A stretch of 62,363 bases of DNA, counting the filler. It is 5 parts of 5 records of this genome, joined end to end, with 100 filler letters (N's around TTAATTAATTAA, not from the genome) between each part and the next. Parts side by side here need not be neighbours in the genome. Positions count along the whole stretch, not along the records: positions 50,914 to 56,687 come from SRR22947725_3858; positions 56,788 to 62,363 come from SRR22947725_3863; 3 more parts are not named here. One strand, 5' to 3'. A program made the translations under genes and the position numbers. The notes below the pieces were generated by a model. It was not told the origin of the DNA, made no database searches, and was given only the letters and a program-made list of their open reading frames with translations. Each line of letters begins with the position of its first letter. The first letter of the stretch is position 1. This document shows, piece by piece, positions 52,276 to 62,363 of this stretch.

Positions 52276-53004
52276 TTAACCTAGTTTTTTTATCGTTAGT
52301 ACCTTTGACAGTTGTTTTAGACGGATTTCCGTTCGTGTTTTTATCAATAACAGAGTAACAAAAAGACATAAAAATCCTGCTATACTTATTATTAATGGAA
52401 ACCAAAAAACATTTGAAACATTTTCTGCTTTATCCAATGAAAGTGAAGCTCCTTGATGAAGGCCTTGATTCCAAAAATTAACAGCATAACGACTTAGAAT
52501 AGCAAATACAGAGCCGACCAAGCATAGCAATGACGCAAGATCTGCAATTTTGTCATGGTTAACGACTGACTGCCATAATGCGATGTATCCAAGGTAGAAA
52601 AAAAATAATATTAAAAATGAGGTTAGACGTGGATCCCAAGCCCAAAAGGTTCCCCACATAGGTTGTCCCCATATCGCACCTGTAACCAGGGCAACTATTG
52701 TCATTATTAGACCTATAGGGGCGGCTGATTTCGAGATAAGTACAGAGACGTGATGACGTCTAACTAACCATATTAAAGACCCTATTAGCATTACAAACCA
52801 TGTATTTATTGCGATCAATGCTGAGGGTACATGGAGATAAATTATTTTTACAGTTGATCCCATACGAAAGTCATCTGGTGTAAAAAAGAACCCCCAAATA
52901 AGTCCAATACTAATCAATAATACTGTAAGAATAGAAAAACCAGGTAACAACGTTCCTGATATAGTCATAAATTTATTTGGATTAGTGTATTTCCAAAATG
53001 ACAT
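52276..53004 (-). CDS. ccmC: Heme exporter protein C
   Basis: YLHVP, WGQPMWGTFWAWDPRLTS (WWD motif), LHQ. Confidence 0.96.
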   Translation of the reverse strand: MSFWKYTNPNKFMTISGTLLPGFSILTVLLISIGLIWGFFFTPDDFRMGSTVKIIYLHVPSALIAINTWFVMLIGSLIWLVRRHHVSVLISKSAAPIGLIMTIVALVTGAIWGQPMWGTFWAWDPRLTSFLILFFFYLGYIALWQSVVNHDKIADLASLLCLVGSVFAILSRYAVNFWNQGLHQGASLSLDKAENVSNVFWFPLIISIAGFLCLFVTLLLIKTRTEIRLKQLSKVLTIKKLG

Positions 53005-53068
53005 TTAGATTACCTTTTACTTTAGATATTTAGTTTTGTTTGGGTTATCCCACTTCATCTGTAAAGCC

Positions 53069-53725
53069 CTAACGTAAGTTGATTTTTATTGCTACACCTG
53101 TAAGGATCGGTAAAATAGCTATAGAACTAGCTGTGATTGCTATCAAAAATACTAACGGTGTTGTAACTGGCAAGCCCATCATGCTTTTTCGTATTACCTC
53201 CGTGCCAAATATTAAAGTAGGAATATAGAGGGGAAGTACTAGCAGTGATAATAGTAGGCCACCACGCTTTAAACCCAACGTAAGAGAAGCTGCAAATGCA
53301 CCTATCATCGAAAGAGCTGGAGACCCCGAAAGCAATGAAATTATTATCCAAATAGCGCCCTCCTTAGATATACCGTAAAGAATACTGATAATGGGTACTA
53401 GGAGTATTAATGGAAGACACGTGGTTAACCAGTGGGCAAGAGTTTTAGCAAGTATTGTCCCTTCAATAGGCAAAGGAGAGATGCTTAAAACCTCTAGTGT
53501 TCCATCTTCGATATCTAATTGAAAAATCCGATCTAATGATAATAGGCAAGCCAATAGGACACCCACCCAGAAAACCCCAGGAGCGATAGTGATAAGGATC
53601 TTTTTACTTGGCTCTAAACTTAAGGGTATTATTACAAGTAAGATTAAAAAAAAGGCAATACCTAGGGTTAAACTACTACCTGTACGAAAGGCTAGGGTTA
53701 AATCTCTTTTTAACAAAGTTAACAT
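53069..53725 (-). CDS. ccmB: Heme exporter protein B
   Basis: FQLDIEDGTLE, AKTLAHWL, LPLYIPTLIFG. Confidence 0.95.
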   Translation of the reverse strand: MLTLLKRDLTLAFRTGSSLTLGIAFFLILLVIIPLSLEPSKKILITIAPGVFWVGVLLACLLSLDRIFQLDIEDGTLEVLSISPLPIEGTILAKTLAHWLTTCLPLILLVPIISILYGISKEGAIWIIISLLSGSPALSMIGAFAASLTLGLKRGGLLLSLLVLPLYIPTLIFGTEVIRKSMMGLPVTTPLVFLIAITASSIAILPILTGVAIKINLR

Positions 53726-54333
53726 TATAAGTCGTCTAACTTAATTGAGAGAGATTTAAATGATTTTAAATTTATTTTTTGGAGGCTATTTAAGGGCAAC
53801 TCTAATTTCAAATGAGTACTTATGATTGCAGTCCCTTTTTTATCAAGATGGTGACCTAAGATTTTTAAAAATAAGTCAACATTCTCTTTATCAAGTGCAG
53901 TAGTTGGCTCATCAAGAATCCAACATCTGCGCTGACTCAAGTGTACTCTGGCAAGTGCTACTAACCTTTTCTGCCCAGCCGAAAGGCTATTTACTTCTAA
54001 AGTTAGAATATTTTCTAACTTAAAAGTAGATATAGTGTCTTCAATATTTTTTGAGCCATAAATATTTTTCCAAAATATTAAATTTGCTATTACGGATAAA
54101 CCCTCTTTAAGGGCGTTCGAATGGCCAAGGTAAATATGTGTCCCCGGTTCAAAAGATACTATGCCAGACATTGGAGGATTCAACCCAGTTAGACACCGAA
54201 GTAAAGTTGATTTTCCAATTCCATTCTCTCCTTGGATAATTATTGCTTGTCCAATATCACAAGAAAACCCAATGTTTGAAAGAAGAGGGATGTCTTGATA
54301 TCCACAAGATAAATTTGAAACTGAGAACGTCAT
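53725..54333 (-). CDS. ccmA: Heme ABC exporter ATP-binding protein
   Basis: GENGIGKS, YLGH, LSAGQKR, WILDEP. Confidence 0.93.
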   Translation of the reverse strand: MTFSVSNLSCGYQDIPLLSNIGFSCDIGQAIIIQGENGIGKSTLLRCLTGLNPPMSGIVSFEPGTHIYLGHSNALKEGLSVIANLIFWKNIYGSKNIEDTISTFKLENILTLEVNSLSAGQKRLVALARVHLSQRRCWILDEPTTALDKENVDLFLKILGHHLDKKGTAIISTHLKLELPLNSLQKINLKSFKSLSIKLDDL

Positions 54334-54513
54334 GAGTTAGCTTAGCCGATAGATTAGGACGCTTAAAGACCTCAATAAAAAAAGATTAATGAATTTCTCA
54401 TTCCGAGTATGATAGCTCAAATTAACAAGAATTCATATTCTATACTTGAATTGAAATAAATCATAAGGCAAGAGGTAGGTCATATTTACTGTCTGCTTAA
54501 TTAGGAGCTAGTT

Positions 54514-56687
54514 ATGTCAATACATGTCGGAAATGATTCCTCGGGAACTCGTAGAGAGCTAAAGGTGAATGGGAAAACTTTTTCCTATTACTCATTGGAT
54601 GCCGCTGAAAAGGCTGGGTTAGGAACATTCTCTAAACTCCCAGCATCTTTAAAAGTTGTTTTAGAAAACATCCTAAGGTTCGAAGATGGGAAAACAGTAT
54701 TTCAGGATGATATTGTTGCTTTTTCTGATTGGGCTAAAAATGGGGGCAAGAGCGATCGTGAGATTGCTTATCGACCAGCTCGAATTTTACTTCAAGATTT
54801 TACAGGAGTTCCGGCCGTTGTAGACTTGGCGGCGATGCGTGATGGAATAGTCTCATTAGGTGGTGACCCAGATAAAATTAATCCGCTAAATCCAGTTGAT
54901 TTGGTCATCGACCATTCTGTTATGATTGATGAATTTGGAAATGCGCGAGCATTTCAAATGAATGTTGACCGAGAATATGAAAGAAATCTCGAACGGTATA
55001 CTTTTCTCAAGTGGGGGCAGTCGGCGTTTAATAATTTTCGAGTTGTTCCTCCTGGAACTGGGATATGCCATCAAGTGAACTTAGAATACCTTTCTAAAAC
55101 AGTGTGGTCTGATGAGGATCAATTTGGTAAAATGGTTGCCTATCCAGATACTTTGGTTGGAACAGATTCACACACCACAATGGTTAATGGAATGGCAGTT
55201 TTGGGTTGGGGCGTTGGAGGTATTGAAGCTGAGGCAGCAATGCTTGGCCAACCCATTTCAATGTTAATACCGGAAGTGATAGGATTTAAACTTACAGGCT
55301 CAATGGTCGAAGGCACCACTGGTACAGATCTTGTATTGAAAGTAGTTCAGTTGCTTAGAAATAAAGGAGTTGTAGGCAAGTTTGTTGAGTTTTTTGGAGA
55401 GGGCTTAGATAACCTGCCGTTGGCTGATCGAGCAACAATTGGAAATATGGCTCCTGAATATGGAGCCACATGTGGGTTTTTCCCAGTTGATGATGAAACT
55501 TTGCGTTATTTAAATACGACTGGACGAGATAAAGAAACCATAGCTCTAGTAGAGGCTTATGCAAAAGCAAACGGCTTCTGGCGTGGTCCAGAATATGACC
55601 CCATTTATACGGATACATTAGAGTTAGATATGACGACTATTGTTCCAGCTATTTCTGGGCCTAAAAGGCCGCAGGATTATGTAGCTTTAGATGTCGCAAA
55701 AGAGGCTTTTGGACATGAAATGCAGAGTAATTTTAAGCGGCCTTTAGGTAAAAAAGTAAATGTTTCTGGAGAAAACTATTCAATGGAGTCTGGCAAAGTT
55801 GTTATTGCATCCATCACGTCTTGTACTAATACGTCTAACCCATATGTGATGATTGCGGCTGGTCTTGTGGCGCGTAAGGCTCGCGCATTAGGTTTAGATA
55901 GAAAACCTTGGGTTAAGACATCTCTGGCGCCAGGATCCCAAGTTGTTTCTGCTTATTTGGAAGCAGCTAATTTACAAGAAGATTTTGATGCAATAGGCTT
56001 TAATTTAGTTGGGTATGGATGCACTACGTGTATTGGAAACTCTGGCCCAATTCAAAAAGAAATATCGGATGCAATTTCGACAGGTGATTTAGTTGCGACA
56101 GCCGTATTGTCGGGTAACAGGAATTTTGAAGGGCGCATTAGCCCTGATGTTAGAGCCAACTATCTGGCGTCACCGCCGTTAGTAGTTGCTTACGCTATTG
56201 CAGGAACGTTAGATATTAACTTATCTTTGGATGCTTTGGGTCAAGACAGCAACGGAAAAGACGTATTCCTAAAAGATATTTGGCCGACTACAGCAGAGGT
56301 CGCAGATTTGGTTTCGAAAACTGTTACAAGAGATGCATTCCAGTCTAAATATGCCGACGTCTTTAAAGGAGACGAAAAATGGCAAAGTGTTGAGACGACT
56401 GATAGTCAATTATATGATTGGCCCACAGCATCAACTTATGTTCAGCACCCACCATATTTTAAAGAAATGAGTTCAGAGCCTGGAAAAATTAGTAATGTAA
56501 CAGATGCGAGGGTTCTAGCGCTACTTGGAGATATGATAACGACAGATCATATAAGTCCGGCTGGCTCATTTAAAGAAACAACTCCAGCAGGGCAATATTT
56601 GACTGAACGTCAAGTTCAACCCAGGGAATTTAATTCGTACGGCTCAAGGCGAGGTAATCATGAGGTAATGATGAGAGGAACTTTTGC
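54514..56687 (+). CDS. acnA: Aconitate hydratase A, 3' truncated
   Basis: QDFTGVP, DHSV, DSHT, ITSCTN, GCTTCIGNSG, TDHISPAG. Confidence 0.97.
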
Positions 56688-56787
56688 NNNNNNNNNNNNN
56701 NNNNNNNNNNNNNNNNNNNNNNNNNNNNNNNTTAATTAATTAANNNNNNNNNNNNNNNNNNNNNNNNNNNNNNNNNNNNNNNNNNNN
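56688..56787. other. Artificial contig spacer
   Basis: 44 N + TTAATTAATTAA + 44 N. Confidence 0.99.
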
Positions 56788-56833
56788 CACTACACCCCCA
56801 GTGTAGTGCGCTACCAGACTGCGCTACATCCCG
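56788..56833 (-). tRNA. tRNA-Pro(GGG), 3' truncated
   Basis: Reverse complement CGGGATGTAGCGCAGTCTGGTAGCGCACTACACTGGGGGTGTAGTG: D-arm GCGC/GCGC, anticodon arm CTACA-CTGGGGG-TGTAG. Confidence 0.9.
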
Positions 56834-56852
56834 TATATAATTTATAACTATT

Positions 56853-58622
56853 ATGCCTAATAAAAATTTCTATATCTTAACTTTTTTAACTCTTTTTTCT
56901 TACAGTTTATTAGCAAGTGTAAATAAAGATTTCATTAAAACGAATTCAGGTAGCGTTAAGGGGTATATTGAAAATAAAGTTATAAATTATGATGATATAC
57001 CTTATGCCCACCCTCCAGTAGGTATACTTCGCTGGAAGGCTCCTAGAGAGTTAACTGCACAAAATCAAATTATTACAAGTAAAGAAGAAAATCATTGTAT
57101 TCAAGAGCCCTCATCTATGGGGGGTGCTTCTGGTGAAGGAATATTAACTGGAACCGAAGACTGTCTATACTTAGACATTAAAGTACCTAAGAAAAAGTCA
57201 TCAAAATTATTACCAGTTATGTTTTGGATTCATGGAGGAGGAAATACTTCAGGACTAAAAGATATTTATGATTTTTCAACAATGGTTCATAGACATGATG
57301 TAATTGTTGTAACAATCAATTATAGGTTAGGTGCCTTTGGTTGGTTTACCCATCCCGCAATTCAAGATAATCAAAAGGGGATTGATAAAACTTCAAATTT
57401 TGGCACTCTTGATATAATTCAAGCATTGAAATGGGTTAACAAGAATATAGTATATTTTGGAGGTAACCCTAAAAATATTACTATTTTTGGGGAGTCTGCA
57501 GGCGGTCATAATGTTCTTTCTCTGCTAGTCGCACCTCAAGCTAAAGGACTTTTCCATAAAGCTATTTCGCAATCAGGCTACACTACATCTACATCTAAGA
57601 AACATGCCTATATAAATAATATAGACCACCCAACGTTTAATCACACTAGCAGTGAGGTGGTAAAACGACTTTTTCCAAATTCAAAAAAAATTTCCTCCAC
57701 AGAATTAAATAAAGAATTATATTCATTGACCTCAAAAGAATTTTTCAGTGATTATTCTGATAAATCTAACCTAGAAGTTCCATTACTGACTAATGATGGA
57801 ATTGTAATTCCTGAAGTTGGACTAGAAAAGGCATTAAAAGATAGTGCATATATTACAAACGTACCTTTTATGGCTGGTTCTAATAGAGATGAGGTAAAAC
57901 TATGGATTGCAGCAGCAGAATATTTTGTTAAATTAGATTATTCTGTTATGGGTTCTATTTTAGGTATTCCAAAGGTTAAATTAAAAAACGAAGACTCATT
58001 TGAAGCGTTTAATTATTACAGAAGTGAGGCATGGAAAATACGGGGTGTAATTGAGCCAATTTCTTCATTAAATAATACAGGCAATTTAAATACCTATGCT
58101 TATAGATATGACTGGGATGATCACAGAAGATTTTTTATTGCTGACTTTAAGAAGCTAATTGGTGCATCACATGGAACTGAAATACCGCTTATTACAGGAA
58201 ATAATGATGTTGTTGGTGACTTTGGTTTTTTAATCTATCCATCAGGACCTTCAAAAAGGTTTTTATCAAAAAATATGATGTTATTTTGGTCTAATTTTGC
58301 TAAAAAAGGGGTTCCAGGAGTATCCACAAATGGAATAGAATGGCTGCCATATAATTCTTTTGAAGAAACTAACTTTCTTATTTTAGATAATAAAAAGAAT
58401 ATGAAGATTGCCAATTCATATATATCTTATAAAGAATTAGTAGAGCTGCTTAATTATGATACTAGGGTAAATGATCTAGAAAGGTGTGTAATTTTGTATC
58501 AAATGGGTACGTTTGTAGGCAATGATATATTTAACAAGATTCAGCAATTCTCAAATTTTGAATGTGACAGAAAAGATGCAAGAAATTTTTTAGAAGCCAA
58601 TGCAAGCTTTATAGAATATTAG
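56853..58622 (+). CDS. Type B carboxylesterase, secreted
   Basis: EDCLYL, WIHGGG, FGESAGG, GSNRDE, SHGTE; signal peptide. Confidence 0.93.
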   Translation: MPNKNFYILTFLTLFSYSLLASVNKDFIKTNSGSVKGYIENKVINYDDIPYAHPPVGILRWKAPRELTAQNQIITSKEENHCIQEPSSMGGASGEGILTGTEDCLYLDIKVPKKKSSKLLPVMFWIHGGGNTSGLKDIYDFSTMVHRHDVIVVTINYRLGAFGWFTHPAIQDNQKGIDKTSNFGTLDIIQALKWVNKNIVYFGGNPKNITIFGESAGGHNVLSLLVAPQAKGLFHKAISQSGYTTSTSKKHAYINNIDHPTFNHTSSEVVKRLFPNSKKISSTELNKELYSLTSKEFFSDYSDKSNLEVPLLTNDGIVIPEVGLEKALKDSAYITNVPFMAGSNRDEVKLWIAAAEYFVKLDYSVMGSILGIPKVKLKNEDSFEAFNYYRSEAWKIRGVIEPISSLNNTGNLNTYAYRYDWDDHRRFFIADFKKLIGASHGTEIPLITGNNDVVGDFGFLIYPSGPSKRFLSKNMMLFWSNFAKKGVPGVSTNGIEWLPYNSFEETNFLILDNKKNMKIANSYISYKELVELLNYDTRVNDLERCVILYQMGTFVGNDIFNKIQQFSNFECDRKDARNFLEANASFIEY

Positions 58623-59059
58623 GTATTAGTATTTTTAACTCTATCTTTAATTTTTAATACATCCATATCTTTCAAATGAATTAAATTTGCAATTCTTCTT
58701 ATTAACCTCTCCTCATTAACTTCAAGAATAGAATCTGCATAGGCAACAGACCATAAGAATGTTAAAAGCGATAGCTTATCTTTTTTTGAGTAATCTTTAT
58801 TAATATCTGCTATAAAATCGTGAAATGAGACACTATTATTACTAAAGTTTTGAATAATTTGTAAAATATCATCCTCTGTTTTTTGAACTTTTGTAGTTAT
58901 TTTTTTTAGATCTTCAAGAATAATAGCCAATTCAGAATTGGCTATATCACCATCTGATCTTGCTACCTCATATGCCAACAATGATGCAGTCAATTCTATA
59001 TCTAAATTCTTTTTAATTTCTGGATCAGGTTTTTCTTTTTTCTTAAAAAAATTAAACAT
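58619..59059 (-). CDS. TerB/DjlA-N family protein
   Basis: EVARSDG..E, LWSVAYAD..E.RLIRRIA. Confidence 0.82.
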   Translation of the reverse strand: MFNFFKKKEKPDPEIKKNLDIELTASLLAYEVARSDGDIANSELAIILEDLKKITTKVQKTEDDILQIIQNFSNNSVSFHDFIADINKDYSKKDKLSLLTFLWSVAYADSILEVNEERLIRRIANLIHLKDMDVLKIKDRVKNTNT

Positions 59060-59064
59060 TGTGC

Positions 59065-60114
59065 TTATCTGATTTTAATATTTGCATAATAGTAAGCATA
59101 TAAGTAATAACATGCAGCGTAAAGAATAAATATATAAGTTGAAACCCATGGAGAAAAAGTATTATTTAAATATATGCCTATCAAACCTGTTATTAATGAG
59201 ATTATCAATATTATTATAAGAGTTCCTTCGGGAGAGTATCTATTCATTAATTTATGATGGATATGATCTCTTCCAGGTGAGGAAATACTTATGCCCTGTT
59301 TAAGTCTAGCAAATATCAACCCAATACAATCTAAAAGAGGGATTGCAACAAACCAAATCATTGTAATAGGTTTGCTATCATATGATATATTTTGAGAGCA
59401 ATATATTGCACTCCATGCTACCCAGAAACCAATTAAATTAGACCCACTATCTCCTAAAAATACCCCTCTTTTTTTCCCAAATATTCTTAAATTAAAAATT
59501 AAAAATCCAACCATGGAACCAATTATTAATACAAGCATTGAGTCGTAAATTAACCCTGAATGAAAACCTATTAACAATAGACTGATCATTGCACATCCAG
59601 AGCATAAACCATTTACACCATCTATCATGTTAAATGCATTCATTATTCCAACAACACAAAAAATGGTAACTGGAATACTTAATATTCCAAGATTAATACT
59701 CCCAAAACCTAATAGGTTATCAAATGATTCTAATCGAATACCAGTTGTATAAATAATAAAAAAACTTATGCCAGCCTGTATTAATAACCTTTGACTTGGC
59801 TTTAAACCTCTGTAATCATCAATCAAAAATAGTAGTAATAATGGTAAAGAGCTAACCATTAGATAGTATGTAAATTCTGGGACATATCCATTTAGATCAT
59901 TTAAATCAATATAGAGCTTTCCAGATAGTATTAAAGCCATAAAAATTCCAGTTCCACCTGTTAATGGTGTTGGCCTTTTATGAAACTTCCTGCTCCTATC
60001 TGGTATGTCAACTAAAATATTATTAGTTTTGGCGTAGTTTCTTAATACAGAATTGATAGCAACAGAAGCAATTATGCTAATAATTAGATAATCAATAATA
60101 ATTGTTATTTCCAT
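59065..60114 (-). CDS. MraY/WecA-family polyprenyl-phosphate GlcNAc-1-P transferase
   Basis: RKFH..PTPLTGG, IDD, NAFNMIDGVNGL, FLGDSGS, HIHH. Confidence 0.92.
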   Translation of the reverse strand: MEITIIIDYLIISIIASVAINSVLRNYAKTNNILVDIPDRSRKFHKRPTPLTGGTGIFMALILSGKLYIDLNDLNGYVPEFTYYLMVSSLPLLLLFLIDDYRGLKPSQRLLIQAGISFFIIYTTGIRLESFDNLLGFGSINLGILSIPVTIFCVVGIMNAFNMIDGVNGLCSGCAMISLLLIGFHSGLIYDSMLVLIIGSMVGFLIFNLRIFGKKRGVFLGDSGSNLIGFWVAWSAIYCSQNISYDSKPITMIWFVAIPLLDCIGLIFARLKQGISISSPGRDHIHHKLMNRYSPEGTLIIILIISLITGLIGIYLNNTFSPWVSTYIFILYAACYYLYAYYYANIKIR

Positions 60115-60231
60115 TTTTAATATAGTTTCTGTTAATCTGTGATTATATATAAATTAGCAATAGTTACATGTGTTTTAATTATATACATTACTAACTTTAA
60201 ATTTATTAATTTTTTTACAAATGTTAAATCT

Positions 60232-60984
60232 ATGGAAGATAAAAATATAAACAAAGAACTGTTCATTGCTAAAAAAGCTATTTTTGAAGCAGGAAATTTA
60301 TTACTAAAGAATAGAAAAAAATTCCAAGAGGTAATCTTATCAACAAATAAAGATATAAAATTAAAGGCAGATATTCTAGCCGAGAAGGCTATTAAATCTA
60401 TTATTGAAAATGAATCTAATTATCCAATACTTGCTGAAGAGAGCGGCCTCTCATCCAAAACCATACCAAACATATTCTGGGTAGTAGATCCTCTTGATGG
60501 TACTGCTAATTATGCTAGAAATATACCAATATGCTGTGTCTCTATTGCATTAATTTCAGATTTAAAGCCAATTTTAGGCGTGATTTATGACTTTATTAAT
60601 AACGATCTGTATGAAGGATCCATTTTTACAAAAGCTCTTTTAAATAATAAAGAGATATCTGTATCCAAAGTAAAAAATTCTAGTGAAGGAATTTTAATAA
60701 CTGGCCTTCCAAACAATACAGACTATTCAGATAGCGCATTGTTAAAAATGATTAAAGATTTCCAAAACTGGAGAAAGGTTAGAATGATTGGCTCAGCTGC
60801 TATGGCTTCTGTGTATGTTGCATCAGGTAAGGCAGATTTTTACACTGAGAAGAAAACTTATCTATGGGATGTTGCAGCTGGTGCAGCTATAGTTAATGCC
60901 GCAGGCGGAGAAGCATCAATTGCTAATCAAAATGAAAATTTTCAAGTTGATGTGCACTTTTCAAATTCACATTTAAAAATATAA
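60232..60984 (+). CDS. Inositol monophosphatase family protein (SuhB-like)
   Basis: LAEE, WVVDPLDGTANY, WDVAAG; in-frame ATG 60232 preferred. Confidence 0.92.
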   Translation: MEDKNINKELFIAKKAIFEAGNLLLKNRKKFQEVILSTNKDIKLKADILAEKAIKSIIENESNYPILAEESGLSSKTIPNIFWVVDPLDGTANYARNIPICCVSIALISDLKPILGVIYDFINNDLYEGSIFTKALLNNKEISVSKVKNSSEGILITGLPNNTDYSDSALLKMIKDFQNWRKVRMIGSAAMASVYVASGKADFYTEKKTYLWDVAAGAAIVNAAGGEASIANQNENFQVDVHFSNSHLKI

Positions 60985-60989
60985 AAGCT

Positions 60990-62363
60990 ATGAAAAGTTT
61001 AGTTTGGTTAAGAGCTGATTTACGCCTTGAAGATAACCCAGCATTAAAAGAAGCTTGTTCATCGCATGAAGAAGTCCAAGTTGTATATATTTTTTCAAAG
61101 AACCAATTAGCGTCTCATAATGAAGCAAATGTAAAAATTGATTTCATAGTTAAGAATTTATTTCTTCTAGAAAAAAGTCTTACCAAATTAAACATACCTC
61201 TTAGTATTATTGAAAGTGGTGGTTTTACAGAGGACCCAAAACTTATACAAGATTTATCTTTAAATAGAAATATTGATACAGTTTATTGGAATAAACAATT
61301 TGGAGAAGATGAATCTAATAGAGATTCTATTGCTTTAGATCTTCTAGAAAAAAGTAATATCAAAGTTGAAACTTTTTATGAATCAGTTGTGCATGAGCCT
61401 GGGTCTCTAAAAACAGGACAGGGGACTCCTTATTCTGTTTTTACTCCATTCAAAAGAAAATGGATAGAAAATTTTGAAATGGATTCCCTAGATATAGATT
61501 TTAAATATCAGCAAAAAATATCATCTAAAATTACCTCAAATATAGAAGATTTTAATTTTAATCTAGATAAGGCTCATAAAGTCGATATGAATTTATGGCC
61601 AGCAGGAGAGCAAGAGGCAAATGTAAGACTAACAAATTTTTTAAATAAAAAAGCTGCTGACTATTCTAAAAATAGAAATGATCCCATCTTGGATGGAACT
61701 AGTAGAATATCTCCATACTTGGCTTGTGGGGTTATTTCATCAAAAAAATGTATTTTAGAGGCATTAAAAATAAATAATTTTGAATTTAGTTCTGGAAAAG
61801 TTGGTGTTACAAAATGGATTGATGAGATTATATGGCGAGAATTTTATAAAAATATAATGTTTTCCTTTCCTAAGGTAAGTAGGGGACAGCCATTTCAAGA
61901 CTATTCTAAAAATATTCAGTGGCGATATGATGAAGGTGAATTCAATGCATGGAAAGATGGCAAAACTGGCTTTCCTATAGTAGATGCTGCCATGCGACAA
62001 CTTCTTCATGAGGGCTGGATGCATAATAGATTAAGAATGGTAGTTGCAATGTTTTTTACAAAAAATATGCTTCATGATTGGAGATTAGGTGAGGCGTATT
62101 TTATGCAAAATCTCATCGATGGTGATTTTGCATCTAATAATGGCGGATGGCAGTGGAGTAGCTCAACTGGAACTGATGCAGCACCATATTTTAGAATTTT
62201 TAATCCAATTACCCAATCCACTAACTTTGATAAAGAAGGTAAATTCATCAAGAAATATATCCCTGAGCTTAAAGATTTAGATAAATCTGTAATTCATAAC
62301 CCATCCAAGGAGCACAGAAAATATTGTAAGTACCCAGAACCAATATTAGATTTAAAAGAATCA
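60990..62363 (+). CDS. phrB: Class I CPD DNA photolyase, 3' end truncated by window edge
   Basis: Not in the ORF track; MKSLVWLRADLRLEDNPAL...TSRISPYL...WREFY...GFPIVDAAMRQL..GWMHNRLRM...NNGGWQW...DAAPYFRIFNP. Confidence 0.95.
   Translation, partial: MKSLVWLRADLRLEDNPALKEACSSHEEVQVVYIFSKNQLASHNEANVKIDFIVKNLFLLEKSLTKLNIPLSIIESGGFTEDPKLIQDLSLNRNIDTVYWNKQFGEDESNRDSIALDLLEKSNIKVETFYESVVHEPGSLKTGQGTPYSVFTPFKRKWIENFEMDSLDIDFKYQQKISSKITSNIEDFNFNLDKAHKVDMNLWPAGEQEANVRLTNFLNKKAADYSKNRNDPILDGTSRISPYLACGVISSKKCILEALKINNFEFSSGKVGVTKWIDEIIWREFYKNIMFSFPKVSRGQPFQDYSKNIQWRYDEGEFNAWKDGKTGFPIVDAAMRQLLHEGWMHNRLRMVVAMFFTKNMLHDWRLGEAYFMQNLIDGDFASNNGGWQWSSSTGTDAAPYFRIFNPITQSTNFDKEGKFIKKYIPELKDLDKSVIHNPSKEHRKYCKYPEPILDLKES

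Overview
This window is not one genome. It is five unrelated contigs, apparently from an aquatic or marine metagenome, joined by identical 100-bp spacers (44 N + TTAATTAATTAA + 44 N) at 24137-24236, 31906-32005, 50814-50913 and 56688-56787. Taxonomic assignments below are inferred from composition and gene content only. Contig 1 (1-24136) is AT-rich and resembles a SUP05/Thioglobus-type gammaproteobacterium. It carries a dispersed amine/C1 module (glutamine-synthetase-like ligase, XRE-cupin regulator, bmt, an atypical Amt transporter with a 58-aa membrane partner, a class I glutamine amidotransferase), sucAB, two autotransporter-like S8 proteases, and an accessory end with a DUF2779 nuclease, small phage-like ORFs and a GIY-YIG nuclease. 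Contig 2 (24237-31905) looks Verrucomicrobia/PVC-like, with two sulfatases, PhoD, a hydrolase and a fasciclin-ECF sigma-anti-sigma unit. Contig 3 (32006-50813) is a streamlined Microbacteriaceae-like core region: tRNA-Pro, tig, clpP1P2X, dcp, valS, ileS, folC, ndk, VKOR, rne, rplU, rpmA, obgE. Contig 4 (50914-56687) is alphaproteobacterial: aminotransferase, sdhE, ccmABCD, acnA. Contig 5 (56788-62363) is very AT-rich and SAR86-like: tRNA-Pro, carboxylesterase, TerB-like protein, WecA/MraY, inositol monophosphatase, photolyase. The best leads are in contig 1: a multi-stem leader RNA upstream of the GS-like gene, a shared tandem operator linking the regulator with amt (and possibly bmt), a perfect sigma70 promoter followed by a two-hairpin RNA and an ATG-less ORF, and matching domain losses in SucA and SucB. 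No CRISPR array, rRNA or transposase was seen.
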